Below are positions 55,353-64,000 of a stretch of DNA of 64,000 nt, one piece after another; the first letter of the stretch is position 1, and every line of letters starts with the position of its first letter. The stretch spans positions 217,458 to 281,457 of the forward strand of contig JAGDZV010000002.1 in assembly GCA_049115495.1 (NCBI GenBank). Reading direction: 5' to 3'. Both the position numbers and the translations under genes were made by a program. The stretch is from Bacteroidia bacterium (GTDB taxonomy: Bacteria > Bacteroidota > Bacteroidia > CAILMK01 > JACPUW01). The notes below the pieces were generated by a model, which saw only the letters and a list, made by a program, of their open reading frames with translations, ran no database searches and was not told the origin of the DNA.

Positions 55353-56801
55353 CTAAAAATACTCTGCAAAAAAGTAGGTGTACAGGGTAAGTAAAGCCAC
55401 CCCGATAAAATTAAGCCAAATGCCTAGCCTTATCATATGTTTATTGCTAACTTCTCCTGTTCCAAAAACAATGGCATTTGGTGGTGTTGCAACGGGCAAC
55501 ATAAAGGCATAAGAAGCTGAGAAAGTGGCAGGCACCAATAAATACATAGGCTCTACATTGGTTGCCTTAATTACAATAATTAATAGCGGAAGAATCAACT
55601 GCGTGGTAGCCGTATTGCTTGTAATCTCAGTGGCAAAGGTCATAAACAAGCAAATAATCAATATCATAAGCCAAATGGGCAAAGCCGAAAGAGGCTCTAA
55701 TTGAGTTACCAAAATATCGTCGATCCCTGTTTTTTCAAAAGCCTTGGCCAAAGCAAAACCTCCACCAAAAATGAATAGAATATCAAAGGGCAATCGCTTT
55801 GCGTCTTCCCACTCCAAAATATTACGCTGTTTTTCATTTTTTGAAGGAATAAAGAACAGCAGCATAACCACTGCCATGCCTATTGCGCTATCTTTTATAA
55901 AGCCTGGTTCTGGGAAAAGACTTGTCCAGCCGCGAATGGTAATTCCACCTATTTCTATGTTTTTAGCACTCATCCAAAGCACTGCAAGTGCAATAAATAT
56001 TACTAGAACTACGCGCTCTTCGTAACTGGGTTTACCAAGTTTTTTGATCTGTGCTTTAAGCGAGTCAGCTTTTAGATTAATTGTTTGCCCATTTAATTTT
56101 CTTGCCAAATAGAAAAATAATATCACGGTAAAAAAAATTCCTAAAGGCAAAGCAAATCGCATCCAGCTTAAAAAGTTGATTTCTGGTAATTCAGGAAACG
56201 AACTTTCGTAATAGCTTTTTAGCAATAAGTTGGGTGCAGTGCCAATAGGGGTTACTGTTCCACCAATTGATGATGCATAGGCAATACCGAGCAGTAATAC
56301 CACGCCAAACCAACCATTGTTGCTTTTTGATTTAAACTCATTTATTATAGCCAGTGCCGGGGCAAGCAATACAATGGTGGTGGCTGTATTGTTGATCCAC
56401 ATACTCAAAATGAAGGATGCTAATACAAAGCCTAAAAGAATGCGTTTGGGTTCAAACCCTATTAATCCAATAATCTTAAATGCAATTCGCCTATGCAGTT
56501 GCCATCTTTCCATAGCAAAGGCCAAAAGAAAGCCTGCAATAAACAAAAAGATAATATGGCTAGCATAAAGGGGAGTAACGGTTTTAATATCAAGTACGCC
56601 GGTTAACGGAAATATGGCAATGGGCAAAAGTGATGTAGCACCCATAGGAATCGCTTCGGTAATCCAAAGGCTAGCCATTAATGCCGTAGTACCAAGCACC
56701 CAGTTCATTTCCATTGGGTTTCCGCTAAGGTTTGACCAAACGAAAACCAATAGTGATAAACCAACACTAGCCAAAAGCAATTTTGAGCGTCGGTTTATCA
56801 A
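55353..56801 (-). CDS. SLC13/DASS family anion:sodium symporter
   Basis: 482 aa, about 12-14 TM. ..SNTATT.. hairpin motifs occur in both halves (..NNTATTIVL.. and ..EITSNTATTQL..). Confidence 0.85.
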   Translation of the reverse strand: MINRRSKLLLASVGLSLLVFVWSNLSGNPMEMNWVLGTTALMASLWITEAIPMGATSLLPIAIFPLTGVLDIKTVTPLYASHIIFLFIAGFLLAFAMERWQLHRRIAFKIIGLIGFEPKRILLGFVLASFILSMWINNTATTIVLLAPALAIINEFKSKSNNGWFGVVLLLGIAYASSIGGTVTPIGTAPNLLLKSYYESSFPELPEINFLSWMRFALPLGIFFTVILFFYLARKLNGQTINLKADSLKAQIKKLGKPSYEERVVLVIFIALAVLWMSAKNIEIGGITIRGWTSLFPEPGFIKDSAIGMAVVMLLFFIPSKNEKQRNILEWEDAKRLPFDILFIFGGGFALAKAFEKTGIDDILVTQLEPLSALPIWLMILIICLFMTFATEITSNTATTQLILPLLIIVIKATNVEPMYLLVPATFSASYAFMLPVATPPNAIVFGTGEVSNKHMIRLGIWLNFIGVALLTLYTYFFAEYF

Positions 56802-56805
56802 TGAT

Positions 56806-57807
56806 TTAGAGATTTACTATTTTAAAAAGCATTTCTTTAAGTAACTCAGCTGGGCTTACATTATAGCTGTTTACCCCTTTTGAGCGCAATTCATAGTCCT
56901 TTACTATTTTTAAAACATCTTTGAGTTTATAGCCATAATGGTCTATACCCACTTTTATTTTTTTGTAATGCCATTCAGAAATACCTAGTTCTGAGAAAAG
57001 TTCATCCTTAGTTTTTCTCGATACTGAGATTGCGTATGCCTGAGAGAAATATCTGAAAAGAATTGAGTTAATACCAATAATATCACCAGGCTTCATAATG
57101 GTTTCAAAGTACTTTACAATTCTTGTAAGGGTCTTTTTATTTCTAGAAGCCAATGCTTCTTGCACTTCAAAAATGTCAAAGTCTTTTCCAAAGCCAATAT
57201 TTTCTTGAACCAGTTTCGCCGTTATTGTTTTAAGGTCTTTTTTTATGTTGATCTTATTGATCTCATTCATTAGTTTTTGAACCTCGGTGCCTTGAAATTC
57301 AACAAGAAACTCAACAGCTTGTGGTTCTATTCTTAGATTGTGATTGTCTTGTAAAAAACCAGGAAGCCATTTTTTTAATTGCCAATCTTTCATAGCCTTA
57401 CTTTCCATTACGGCCGCTTTTTCCTTAAATTTTTTGTAAATCTTAGTGGTTTTGTTCATGGATTTTACCTTGTGTGCAATCACTAATACTGTGGTGCTCA
57501 CTGGGTTTTCCAAATAGTTTAATAGACCATCTAAATTTCTTATGGCTTGTGCTTCTTTTACAATTACCACTTGTTTATCACCCATCATCGGAAACTGCTG
57601 CGCCTGAGAAGCAATAGCATCAATACTAACATCCTTACCATATACTACCGTAAAATTAAAAGCCTTGTCTGCTTCAGTAAGGGCGTTCTCTTCAATGTAT
57701 TTGCATACGTTGTCAATAAAATAAGGCTCTTCTCCGTGCAGCAGGTAAACCGGGCGGTATTTACCATCTTGCATTTCGCGCATTAGCTTATCAAAGGTGA
57801 TCTCCAT
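56806..57807 (-). CDS. holA: DNA polymerase III subunit delta
   Basis: 333 aa. ..YRPVYLLHGEEPYFID.. N-terminus and overall delta-subunit layout. Confidence 0.82.
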   Translation of the reverse strand: MEITFDKLMREMQDGKYRPVYLLHGEEPYFIDNVCKYIEENALTEADKAFNFTVVYGKDVSIDAIASQAQQFPMMGDKQVVIVKEAQAIRNLDGLLNYLENPVSTTVLVIAHKVKSMNKTTKIYKKFKEKAAVMESKAMKDWQLKKWLPGFLQDNHNLRIEPQAVEFLVEFQGTEVQKLMNEINKINIKKDLKTITAKLVQENIGFGKDFDIFEVQEALASRNKKTLTRIVKYFETIMKPGDIIGINSILFRYFSQAYAISVSRKTKDELFSELGISEWHYKKIKVGIDHYGYKLKDVLKIVKDYELRSKGVNSYNVSPAELLKEMLFKIVNL

Positions 57808-57890
57808 GGTGCTTCAACATTAATAAAAAGTGTCATTACCACTGCAAGTTGATTATCTATTTTATGTGAGCTAAACTACTTTCGTAACCT

Positions 57891-58304
57891 GTGGACCTAA
57901 ACCTGCCTGAATACGAGCCTGAACTTAGGCAAGAAAATGAAAAGTACTTTGTAAAGTGCCTTGTTCGTAAAAAATGGTTGGTACTTACACCTGAAGAGTG
58001 GGTGCGCCAGCATTTTTTAAACTACCTATTTACTAAGAAGGGGTATTCAAGAGCAAGAACCGCAGTAGAGCATGGTCTAAATTACAATGGGCTCAAAAAG
58101 CGTATTGATATTTTATGTTTTGATGCTTTAGGTAAGCCCGAGCTTATGGTTGAATGCAAAGCCCCTGAAATTAAGTTAGATCAAAAAGTAATTACCCAAA
58201 TAGCCATTTATAATTCAAAATTCATGGTTAGTCATTTATGTATTACCAATGGGTTGCAGCATTATTGGTTTGAGCTGGTAGATCATAAATATCAACTTAC
58301 ATAA
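57891..58304 (+). CDS. HsdR-N-terminal-domain (PD-(D/E)xK-like) protein
   Basis: ..EEWVRQHFLNYL.., ..RIDILCFD..PELMVECKAP... Divergent from holA, which is the usual Bacteroidota arrangement. GTG start. Confidence 0.7.
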   Translation: MDLNLPEYEPELRQENEKYFVKCLVRKKWLVLTPEEWVRQHFLNYLFTKKGYSRARTAVEHGLNYNGLKKRIDILCFDALGKPELMVECKAPEIKLDQKVITQIAIYNSKFMVSHLCITNGLQHYWFELVDHKYQLT

Positions 58305-58356
58305 GGTATTTTGGTACTTTAGGGTGTATTTAGCTGAAAATCATATTTTTGGCTTT

Positions 58357-59823
58357 ATGAGAATGGTTCTGTTAGGTATTTGGGTTCTTAGTACTGTATT
58401 TATGGCATCATGTGCAAATAGCACAAGTAATACGGGTGCTTCAGCCATAGCTGGTATTGATTCTACTAAAACATCTGTTGAACCCGTGGCATTTGCTAGA
58501 GATCTAGATGAAATTATTGAAGATGGGGTTTTAAATGCAATTACTATCTATAGCTCAACAAGTTATTTCCTTTACAAGGGCGTGCCCATGGGTTTTGAGT
58601 ACGAGTTGCTTAAGCGATTGGCCGATGATCTTGGCGTTGAATTACATGTAACTATTGCCAACGATATTGATGATCTTTTTAAAATGCTAAACGATGGTCA
58701 AGGTGATATTATCGCTTACGGTCTTACAATAACCGAACCCAGAAAAAAGCTTGTTGATTTTACGCAGCATCACTTTACAACCTATCAATCTTTAGTGCAA
58801 AAAATGCCTGATAATTGGAGAGACTTACCAGGCTATAAAATTGATAAATACCTTATTACAAATACGCTAGACTTACTTGATGATACGGTATATGTAAGAA
58901 AAAACTCATCATATGCTGAGCGAATTCAAAACCTTGAAGAAGAAATGGGCGGTAAAATTCATGTGAAATATATTGATGGAAACATACCTACTGATGAAAT
59001 CATTAAAATGGTAGTTGAAGGTAAGATATCAAGAACAATTGCCGATCACAACATAGCTTCAATAAACAAAACTTATTATCCAATTTTAGATATCGATACT
59101 AAGATTTCATTTGCTCAAAGGGTGGCTTGGGCAGTGCCAAAAAACTGCAATGCATTATTAAGAGCCATTAATGAGTGGATAAAAAAAGAGAAAAAGCAAG
59201 ACGATTATTATGTTATCTTCAATAAGTATTTTAAAGACAAAAAATCTTACCGAAGAATTGTGCAAAGCGATTTTTTTAGTAAAAACGGAAATAAGATTAG
59301 CCAGTACGATGAACTTATAAAATCTAACGCAAAAACTATAGGTTGGGATTGGCGATTGCTTACGTCACAAGTTTATCAAGAGTCAAGGTTTGATCCCAAT
59401 GCAAGGTCATGGGCTGGGGCCGAAGGACTTATTCAACTCATGCCAAGCACGGCAAAAGAAGTAGGCGTTGACAACCCCACCGATCCTGAATCGAATTTGA
59501 AAGGTGGCGTAAGATACTTGGCTAAGCTTTGGAAAAGGTTTGAAGCCATAGAAGATTCAATTCAGCGCATTAAATTTACTTTGGCATCATTTAATTGCGG
59601 TTATGGCCACGTGGTTGACGCGCAAAAATTAGCGGAAATAGAGGGGCAAGAGCATAAGGTATGGGATAATGCAGTTGAGAATTATATCTTAAAGCTTTCT
59701 GATAAAAAGTACTATCTCCATAATGCGGTTAAATATGGCTATGTGCGCGGAAAAGAGCCTTTTAATTATGTGAAAGACATTTTTTTAAGGTTTGAGCACT
59801 ATCAACAGTTCATAAAAAAATAA
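58357..59823 (+). CDS. mltF: MltF-like lytic murein transglycosylase (solute-binding-like domain + SLT domain)
   Basis: N-terminal PBP-type domain (..GFEYELLKRLADDLGV..) and SLT catalytic region (..QVYQESRFDPNARSWAGAEGLIQLMPSTA..). The track starts at GTG 58324. Confidence 0.82.
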   Translation: MRMVLLGIWVLSTVFMASCANSTSNTGASAIAGIDSTKTSVEPVAFARDLDEIIEDGVLNAITIYSSTSYFLYKGVPMGFEYELLKRLADDLGVELHVTIANDIDDLFKMLNDGQGDIIAYGLTITEPRKKLVDFTQHHFTTYQSLVQKMPDNWRDLPGYKIDKYLITNTLDLLDDTVYVRKNSSYAERIQNLEEEMGGKIHVKYIDGNIPTDEIIKMVVEGKISRTIADHNIASINKTYYPILDIDTKISFAQRVAWAVPKNCNALLRAINEWIKKEKKQDDYYVIFNKYFKDKKSYRRIVQSDFFSKNGNKISQYDELIKSNAKTIGWDWRLLTSQVYQESRFDPNARSWAGAEGLIQLMPSTAKEVGVDNPTDPESNLKGGVRYLAKLWKRFEAIEDSIQRIKFTLASFNCGYGHVVDAQKLAEIEGQEHKVWDNAVENYILKLSDKKYYLHNAVKYGYVRGKEPFNYVKDIFLRFEHYQQFIKK

Positions 59824-59999
59824 GAACCTAGATTAAATCTAATTTATCAAAAGCGAAAGTATTTAACTCAATCATTACCTAAAAGTCTTTTGTATTGAAG
59901 TTTATTGATGGTGTCATTTACCTCTAAAATTCATTCATTTATGGATTTTGATTTGCTTCAGTCTCTACCTTTCCGCAAGTTTGATACAAAGGATACCGT

Positions 60000-62900
60000 A
60001 TGTTAAGAGTTAATGGTTCAAGGTTAAAAGCAATAATCAAGTCTTATTTTAAATCCTTTTCAATGATCCCCTTTATTAAGTCAAAGAATCCTGCTAAACT
60101 AAAAGGGCTTGCATTACTCGCCTTGCTGGCTTCTATGTTTTCATTAAATGCCCAAGATTTAATTCATGCACATAAGGGCTCGCTTAAATACAACTATTAC
60201 AAGCTAACTAGAGAACAAGCTGAAACGCTATATAAAAAGGGGCCTGAAGGAGGCCTTCATAGGTATATGGACAACTTGGTTCTTGAAGTGCCAAAAGATA
60301 GTTTTTCAACCGTAAAGCCAAAAGAAGCAGGGCATTATATGTACACCTATGTATTAAATAATACCATTTATTATAACAACTATACTAAGCCATTTTTAAG
60401 GGTAAATATGAGTGGTGTTTTGGGCGAAGGAAAACTTAAGCTCTATGATTTTGAAGGAAACGCAATAGTAGGAGCCAAGGTGCGCTATGAAGAGAAAGAA
60501 GGTAAATGGATAGATGTTCCTTTTGACGAAGGTTGCGGATGCTATGGTTTTAAAGAAGAATTTTACAATAAGCTTATGTCTATTGAGCACAAAGGACAAT
60601 TCGACTATTATTACATTTCAAATGAAGGATTAAGGATTCCTTCAATAGATAGAAGCAATCCTTATGCAGGACAAAAAGTATTTCCGGGCTATATGGTGTT
60701 TAACAAACCAAAGTACCGCCATTTTGATACTTTAAAAATGAAGGCTTTTGTTGTAACAAATGAAGGTAGGCCACTGCACAGAAAGCTTGATGTTTACATG
60801 TATGCAAACTATAAAGAGGTAAAGCTAGCAACCATTAAACCAGTATCAGCAGGTGCCTACTTATATGAGTTTGTAATTGGCGATAGCCTCAGACTTAATT
60901 CTTCAATAACCCTTAGGCTAAAGTCAAAAAATCAAGAGATTAAATCTAACTCAATATTTATTGAAGATTATGAATTGAAAAAAGCCAGCTACACTTCACG
61001 AATGCTAAAAACGAATTTTAATAAGGGCGAAAAAATTGAAGTAATAGTAGATGCTTTTGATGCGAATAGCATGCCTATGCTCGATACCAGGGTTAAGTTA
61101 AAGGTGAGCTTTAGTAATGCATCGGCGCTTATTCCAGAAAAATATCAACGCAACGACTCAATTTTCACTAAAATATTTGATTATAATGATTTAATAGATG
61201 AAACAGGCACAAGTATCATAGAAATTCCTGATAGTGTTTTACCTCCTTTAGTGGCCAATTATTCGGTGGCGGTTGAGTTGATAAATGCTGAAGGGGAGTA
61301 CAAAAGATTTAGCCATATTTTTAATTACAATGCAAAGCCAACTTATCATAAAATTATGCAGGTTGGCAACAAGCTTTTGGGCGTAAAATATGTAAACGGA
61401 AAGCTGCAAAAAGGTGATGCCGTTACCATTTATCAGTATGGTTATAATGGGAATACGGTTATTACTACCCAAACCAATTTTCCTATAGAATTAGAAATAA
61501 ACCCTTCGGCTCAAATGATAAATGTTCTTGAAGGTGACTCCAATATTTTTAGCCAAAACGTTTATGATAATTCTAATTTGGCAACTTCAGTTACTGGTAA
61601 AAGAACTTATGATTCGGTTTTTGTAAACTTAAAAAACGATTTTAATCTTGATGTTTACTACAGGGTGTACCGCAATAAGCAGGTAGTTGCTAAAGGCTTT
61701 GGAAAGCAGATAGCCTTTAAAAATGAAGATAAATCAATGTGGCCCTATTATGTGCTTTGGGGGTATCAATGGGCAGGTAGAGAGCATTTTTACGAAACAC
61801 CACTTACTGTTAAAGAAAAAGAACTGAATGTGAAAATTCATCAGCCAAAAGCCATTTTTCCTGGCGAAAAAGTGGATGTGAAGATTAGTGTAACCGATTA
61901 TAAAAATCAACCGCTAAAAAGGGTAAACCTAACTGCCTATGCGCTAAACATGGAGTTTCCCAGTATTCCAGTGCCTGAGATGCCTTATTTCGGAAGGCGT
62001 TTTCCGAATATGTCGCGCAATTCTAACTTTACTTCAAGACAAGTTAGTTTTAGTGGCCAACAACATTTTGTTGATGCACATTACGATCGGTTTAATGTTG
62101 TTGATACCAATTACTACCTTCATTATCAGCATCCTAAAGATAAAATAAGAGAATACTATCAACCTATTGCGTACCAGCTGGCCGAACTAGTTCCCATGAT
62201 ATTTTATGATGGTACTGATCAACCTTTGGTAAATGTTTGGATTGATGATCATTTGGTTTCAAGCAAGCTAAATGAAAACAGATCGCACAGCATAATAAGA
62301 TATCCTGCTGGTACTTATACCATAAAGCTAAGGCTGCACAAGCGCATTTTTACTATTGAAAATGTAAAACTAGAGCCTTATAAAAGATTGTATCTAAGCC
62401 TTGATATGACTAAGTGCAGAAACACAAGGGTAAACCAACAAGGGTTGCCAGATTTTATGCTTTCAAAAAGAGAGTATCAAGAAATTAAGGCTCAAACCAT
62501 GTTTATTGATAATACCTATTTTAACAATGATACGGTATGGGTAGAAAACAACGGTATGCGTTGGCTTTTAAGGGCAAATACAACTAGCTATTTTAAATCT
62601 CATTACTACAGAGCCTTAAATAAAAACCTAACCACTATTACAGGAATAAGAGCAGGTCAAACAATAATGCGTATCAATAGAGATACCATCTATTTCAATT
62701 TTGAACCGGGCAATTATTACGTGTATGAAAAAGGGATATTGAGTAGCTATCCTTTACCCAGCTGGCCACTAAATCATGAATTTTTTGACAGCAGAAGGCA
62801 GGTATTTAACACAAACCTTAGCAGTAGTCCGTGGTACTTTAATAATGAAACAAAAAAAGTAAATAAACAAAAGCGAAGAGAAAAACTCAAAGAAGAGATA

Positions 62901-64000
62901 GAAAAACCATGGTATGAGCGCTTAAGAGCCTATTATTATTACAAAGGACATAAAAGCAAATGGGCTAGGTTTCAAATGTTTAACCCAGCAGGTGTAAACG
63001 TAAAGTGCTTTTGGTTGGTAAATAAGGAGCAGCCAATGTTCTCAATGGCCTACAATTCCAATTCTACCAATTATCAAAACAACTTTAAAAAAGGAATTTA
63101 CACACTGGTAGTTATTACAAACAAAGGCAAGGTTTACATTCAAAAAGATATTGAACTTGGGGTAGGCGATTATTATTTCGTGCGTTTACAATCAAATCGT
63201 TTTGTAAAAGGTAATGCCGAAATGGTAGAACCTTACCGCGAAATAATTCACCGTGTTTCTAGACCCGATATTAGGCCGGCGCCTTTATTTCCTGAATTAC
63301 TAAGCGGCAATTGGGAATTCAAACAAGACACGTCAAACTTTGGAAGCATTTTGGGTAGGCTAAGAGACCAAACTTCACTTTACGATATTGCCAATGCAAC
63401 GGTTTATTTAGAGCAAGGTGGCTACATACGCAACGCCGTAATTTCAAATGCCTGGGGCGAGTATATTTTTAGAAACCTGCAAGATGGTGAATACATGATT
63501 AAGATAATGTCTCAAGGTTATCGTCTTACAATGGTGCATAAGCTCAAGGTAATTGGTGGTAAAACAACTGTAGTTGACCTAAACCTTGAACGCGCCAAAG
63601 ACTATGTTGAGTCGGTTAACAAACCCATCCAAAAAGCCGAAGACTTAGAGAATCTTAAAGTTGAGTTTGGCAGCGGGCAGATTAATGTTCGAGTTGCAGA
63701 TGGTGTTACAGGAGAAATTTTACTTGGAGTAAATGTAACAGTATGGCACAACAACGAATTTATAAGAGGGGCAGCAACCAATGTAGAAGGAATAGCGGCA
63801 TTAACAAGTTTGCCAGAAAAAGATTATGAACTCAGAATAAGTTATGTGGGTTATGAAACGCGCAAAATTAGAATTGACCTTACCAAAGAACCCAAGTATT
63901 CATTTTACGTGGCACTTTTTCCAAGTGCAAATGAGCTCAATGAAGTAATGGTTGTAAGCAACGAATTGGTTTTTGAATCAATGGATGATGCTGGAGGTTC
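60000..64000 (+). CDS. Very large secreted protein, 3' end outside the window (MG/alpha-2-macroglobulin-like and carboxypeptidase-regulatory-like domains)
   Basis: I checked every codon from ATG 60000 to 64000 by hand and found no in-frame stop (over 1333 codons). In-frame TGA at 59982. Signal peptide ..LALLALLASMFSLNAQ. MG-like ..IHQPKAIFPGEKVDVKISVTDYKNQPL... Two CarboxypepD_reg-like units near the end. Confidence 0.8.
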   Translation, partial: MLRVNGSRLKAIIKSYFKSFSMIPFIKSKNPAKLKGLALLALLASMFSLNAQDLIHAHKGSLKYNYYKLTREQAETLYKKGPEGGLHRYMDNLVLEVPKDSFSTVKPKEAGHYMYTYVLNNTIYYNNYTKPFLRVNMSGVLGEGKLKLYDFEGNAIVGAKVRYEEKEGKWIDVPFDEGCGCYGFKEEFYNKLMSIEHKGQFDYYYISNEGLRIPSIDRSNPYAGQKVFPGYMVFNKPKYRHFDTLKMKAFVVTNEGRPLHRKLDVYMYANYKEVKLATIKPVSAGAYLYEFVIGDSLRLNSSITLRLKSKNQEIKSNSIFIEDYELKKASYTSRMLKTNFNKGEKIEVIVDAFDANSMPMLDTRVKLKVSFSNASALIPEKYQRNDSIFTKIFDYNDLIDETGTSIIEIPDSVLPPLVANYSVAVELINAEGEYKRFSHIFNYNAKPTYHKIMQVGNKLLGVKYVNGKLQKGDAVTIYQYGYNGNTVITTQTNFPIELEINPSAQMINVLEGDSNIFSQNVYDNSNLATSVTGKRTYDSVFVNLKNDFNLDVYYRVYRNKQVVAKGFGKQIAFKNEDKSMWPYYVLWGYQWAGREHFYETPLTVKEKELNVKIHQPKAIFPGEKVDVKISVTDYKNQPLKRVNLTAYALNMEFPSIPVPEMPYFGRRFPNMSRNSNFTSRQVSFSGQQHFVDAHYDRFNVVDTNYYLHYQHPKDKIREYYQPIAYQLAELVPMIFYDGTDQPLVNVWIDDHLVSSKLNENRSHSIIRYPAGTYTIKLRLHKRIFTIENVKLEPYKRLYLSLDMTKCRNTRVNQQGLPDFMLSKREYQEIKAQTMFIDNTYFNNDTVWVENNGMRWLLRANTTSYFKSHYYRALNKNLTTITGIRAGQTIMRINRDTIYFNFEPGNYYVYEKGILSSYPLPSWPLNHEFFDSRRQVFNTNLSSSPWYFNNETKKVNKQKRREKLKEEIEKPWYERLRAYYYYKGHKSKWARFQMFNPAGVNVKCFWLVNKEQPMFSMAYNSNSTNYQNNFKKGIYTLVVITNKGKVYIQKDIELGVGDYYFVRLQSNRFVKGNAEMVEPYREIIHRVSRPDIRPAPLFPELLSGNWEFKQDTSNFGSILGRLRDQTSLYDIANATVYLEQGGYIRNAVISNAWGEYIFRNLQDGEYMIKIMSQGYRLTMVHKLKVIGGKTTVVDLNLERAKDYVESVNKPIQKAEDLENLKVEFGSGQINVRVADGVTGEILLGVNVTVWHNNEFIRGAATNVEGIAALTSLPEKDYELRISYVGYETRKIRIDLTKEPKYSFYVALFPSANELNEVMVVSNELVFESMDDAGG

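Noticed and set aside
60396-61472. Two minus-strand ORFs (60396-60599 and 61248-61472), the only track entries after 59823
   Set aside because: Both lie antisense to the uninterrupted plus-strand frame of over 1333 codons, which has a signal peptide and domain-like content. Their own translations are low-complexity.
1-64000. Window-wide search for CRISPR arrays, IS elements or transposases, integrases, prophage genes and rRNA
   Set aside because: No regularly spaced direct repeats with unique spacers were seen. No DDE, tyrosine-recombinase or serine-recombinase motifs were seen in any ORF. No rRNA-like sequence was seen.

Overview
This is a low-GC chromosomal segment that looks like Bacteroidota, probably a flavobacterial or cytophagal type. 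The evidence is several C-terminal T9SS sorting domains (the '..YPNPF..' type), TAnnTTTG -7 boxes, and the pyk / acpP-fabF-rnc and holA / HsdR_N neighbourhoods. About three quarters of the window is ordinary housekeeping: rpoD, pheS, rplS, a UvrD-family helicase, murA, grpE-dnaJ, tRNA-Cys, pyk, acpP-fabF-rnc, lptB, recJ, fmt and holA. I saw no rRNA, CRISPR array, transposase or integrase. Six things deserve a second look. (1) A secreted protein (33289-34515) ends in a Hint (intein/Hedgehog-type) autoprocessing domain with no C-extein. (2) Three consecutive T9SS cargo genes (39264-46252) have related leaders; they include a 41-42-aa repeat protein, an internally duplicated 1270-aa LamG-type protein and a nearly cargo-less CTD protein. 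(3) A 186-nt GC-clamped structured element (54804-54989) carries two yybP-ykoY (Mn2+) riboswitch signature boxes but has no downstream ORF. (4) Next to it is an inverted pair of REP-like hairpins with compensatory stem changes. (5) An open reading frame of at least 1333 codons runs from 60000 to the window end and is absent from the supplied ORF track. (6) A lipoprotein carries a canonical EGF signature. All functional calls come from motif recognition by eye. No database search was run.
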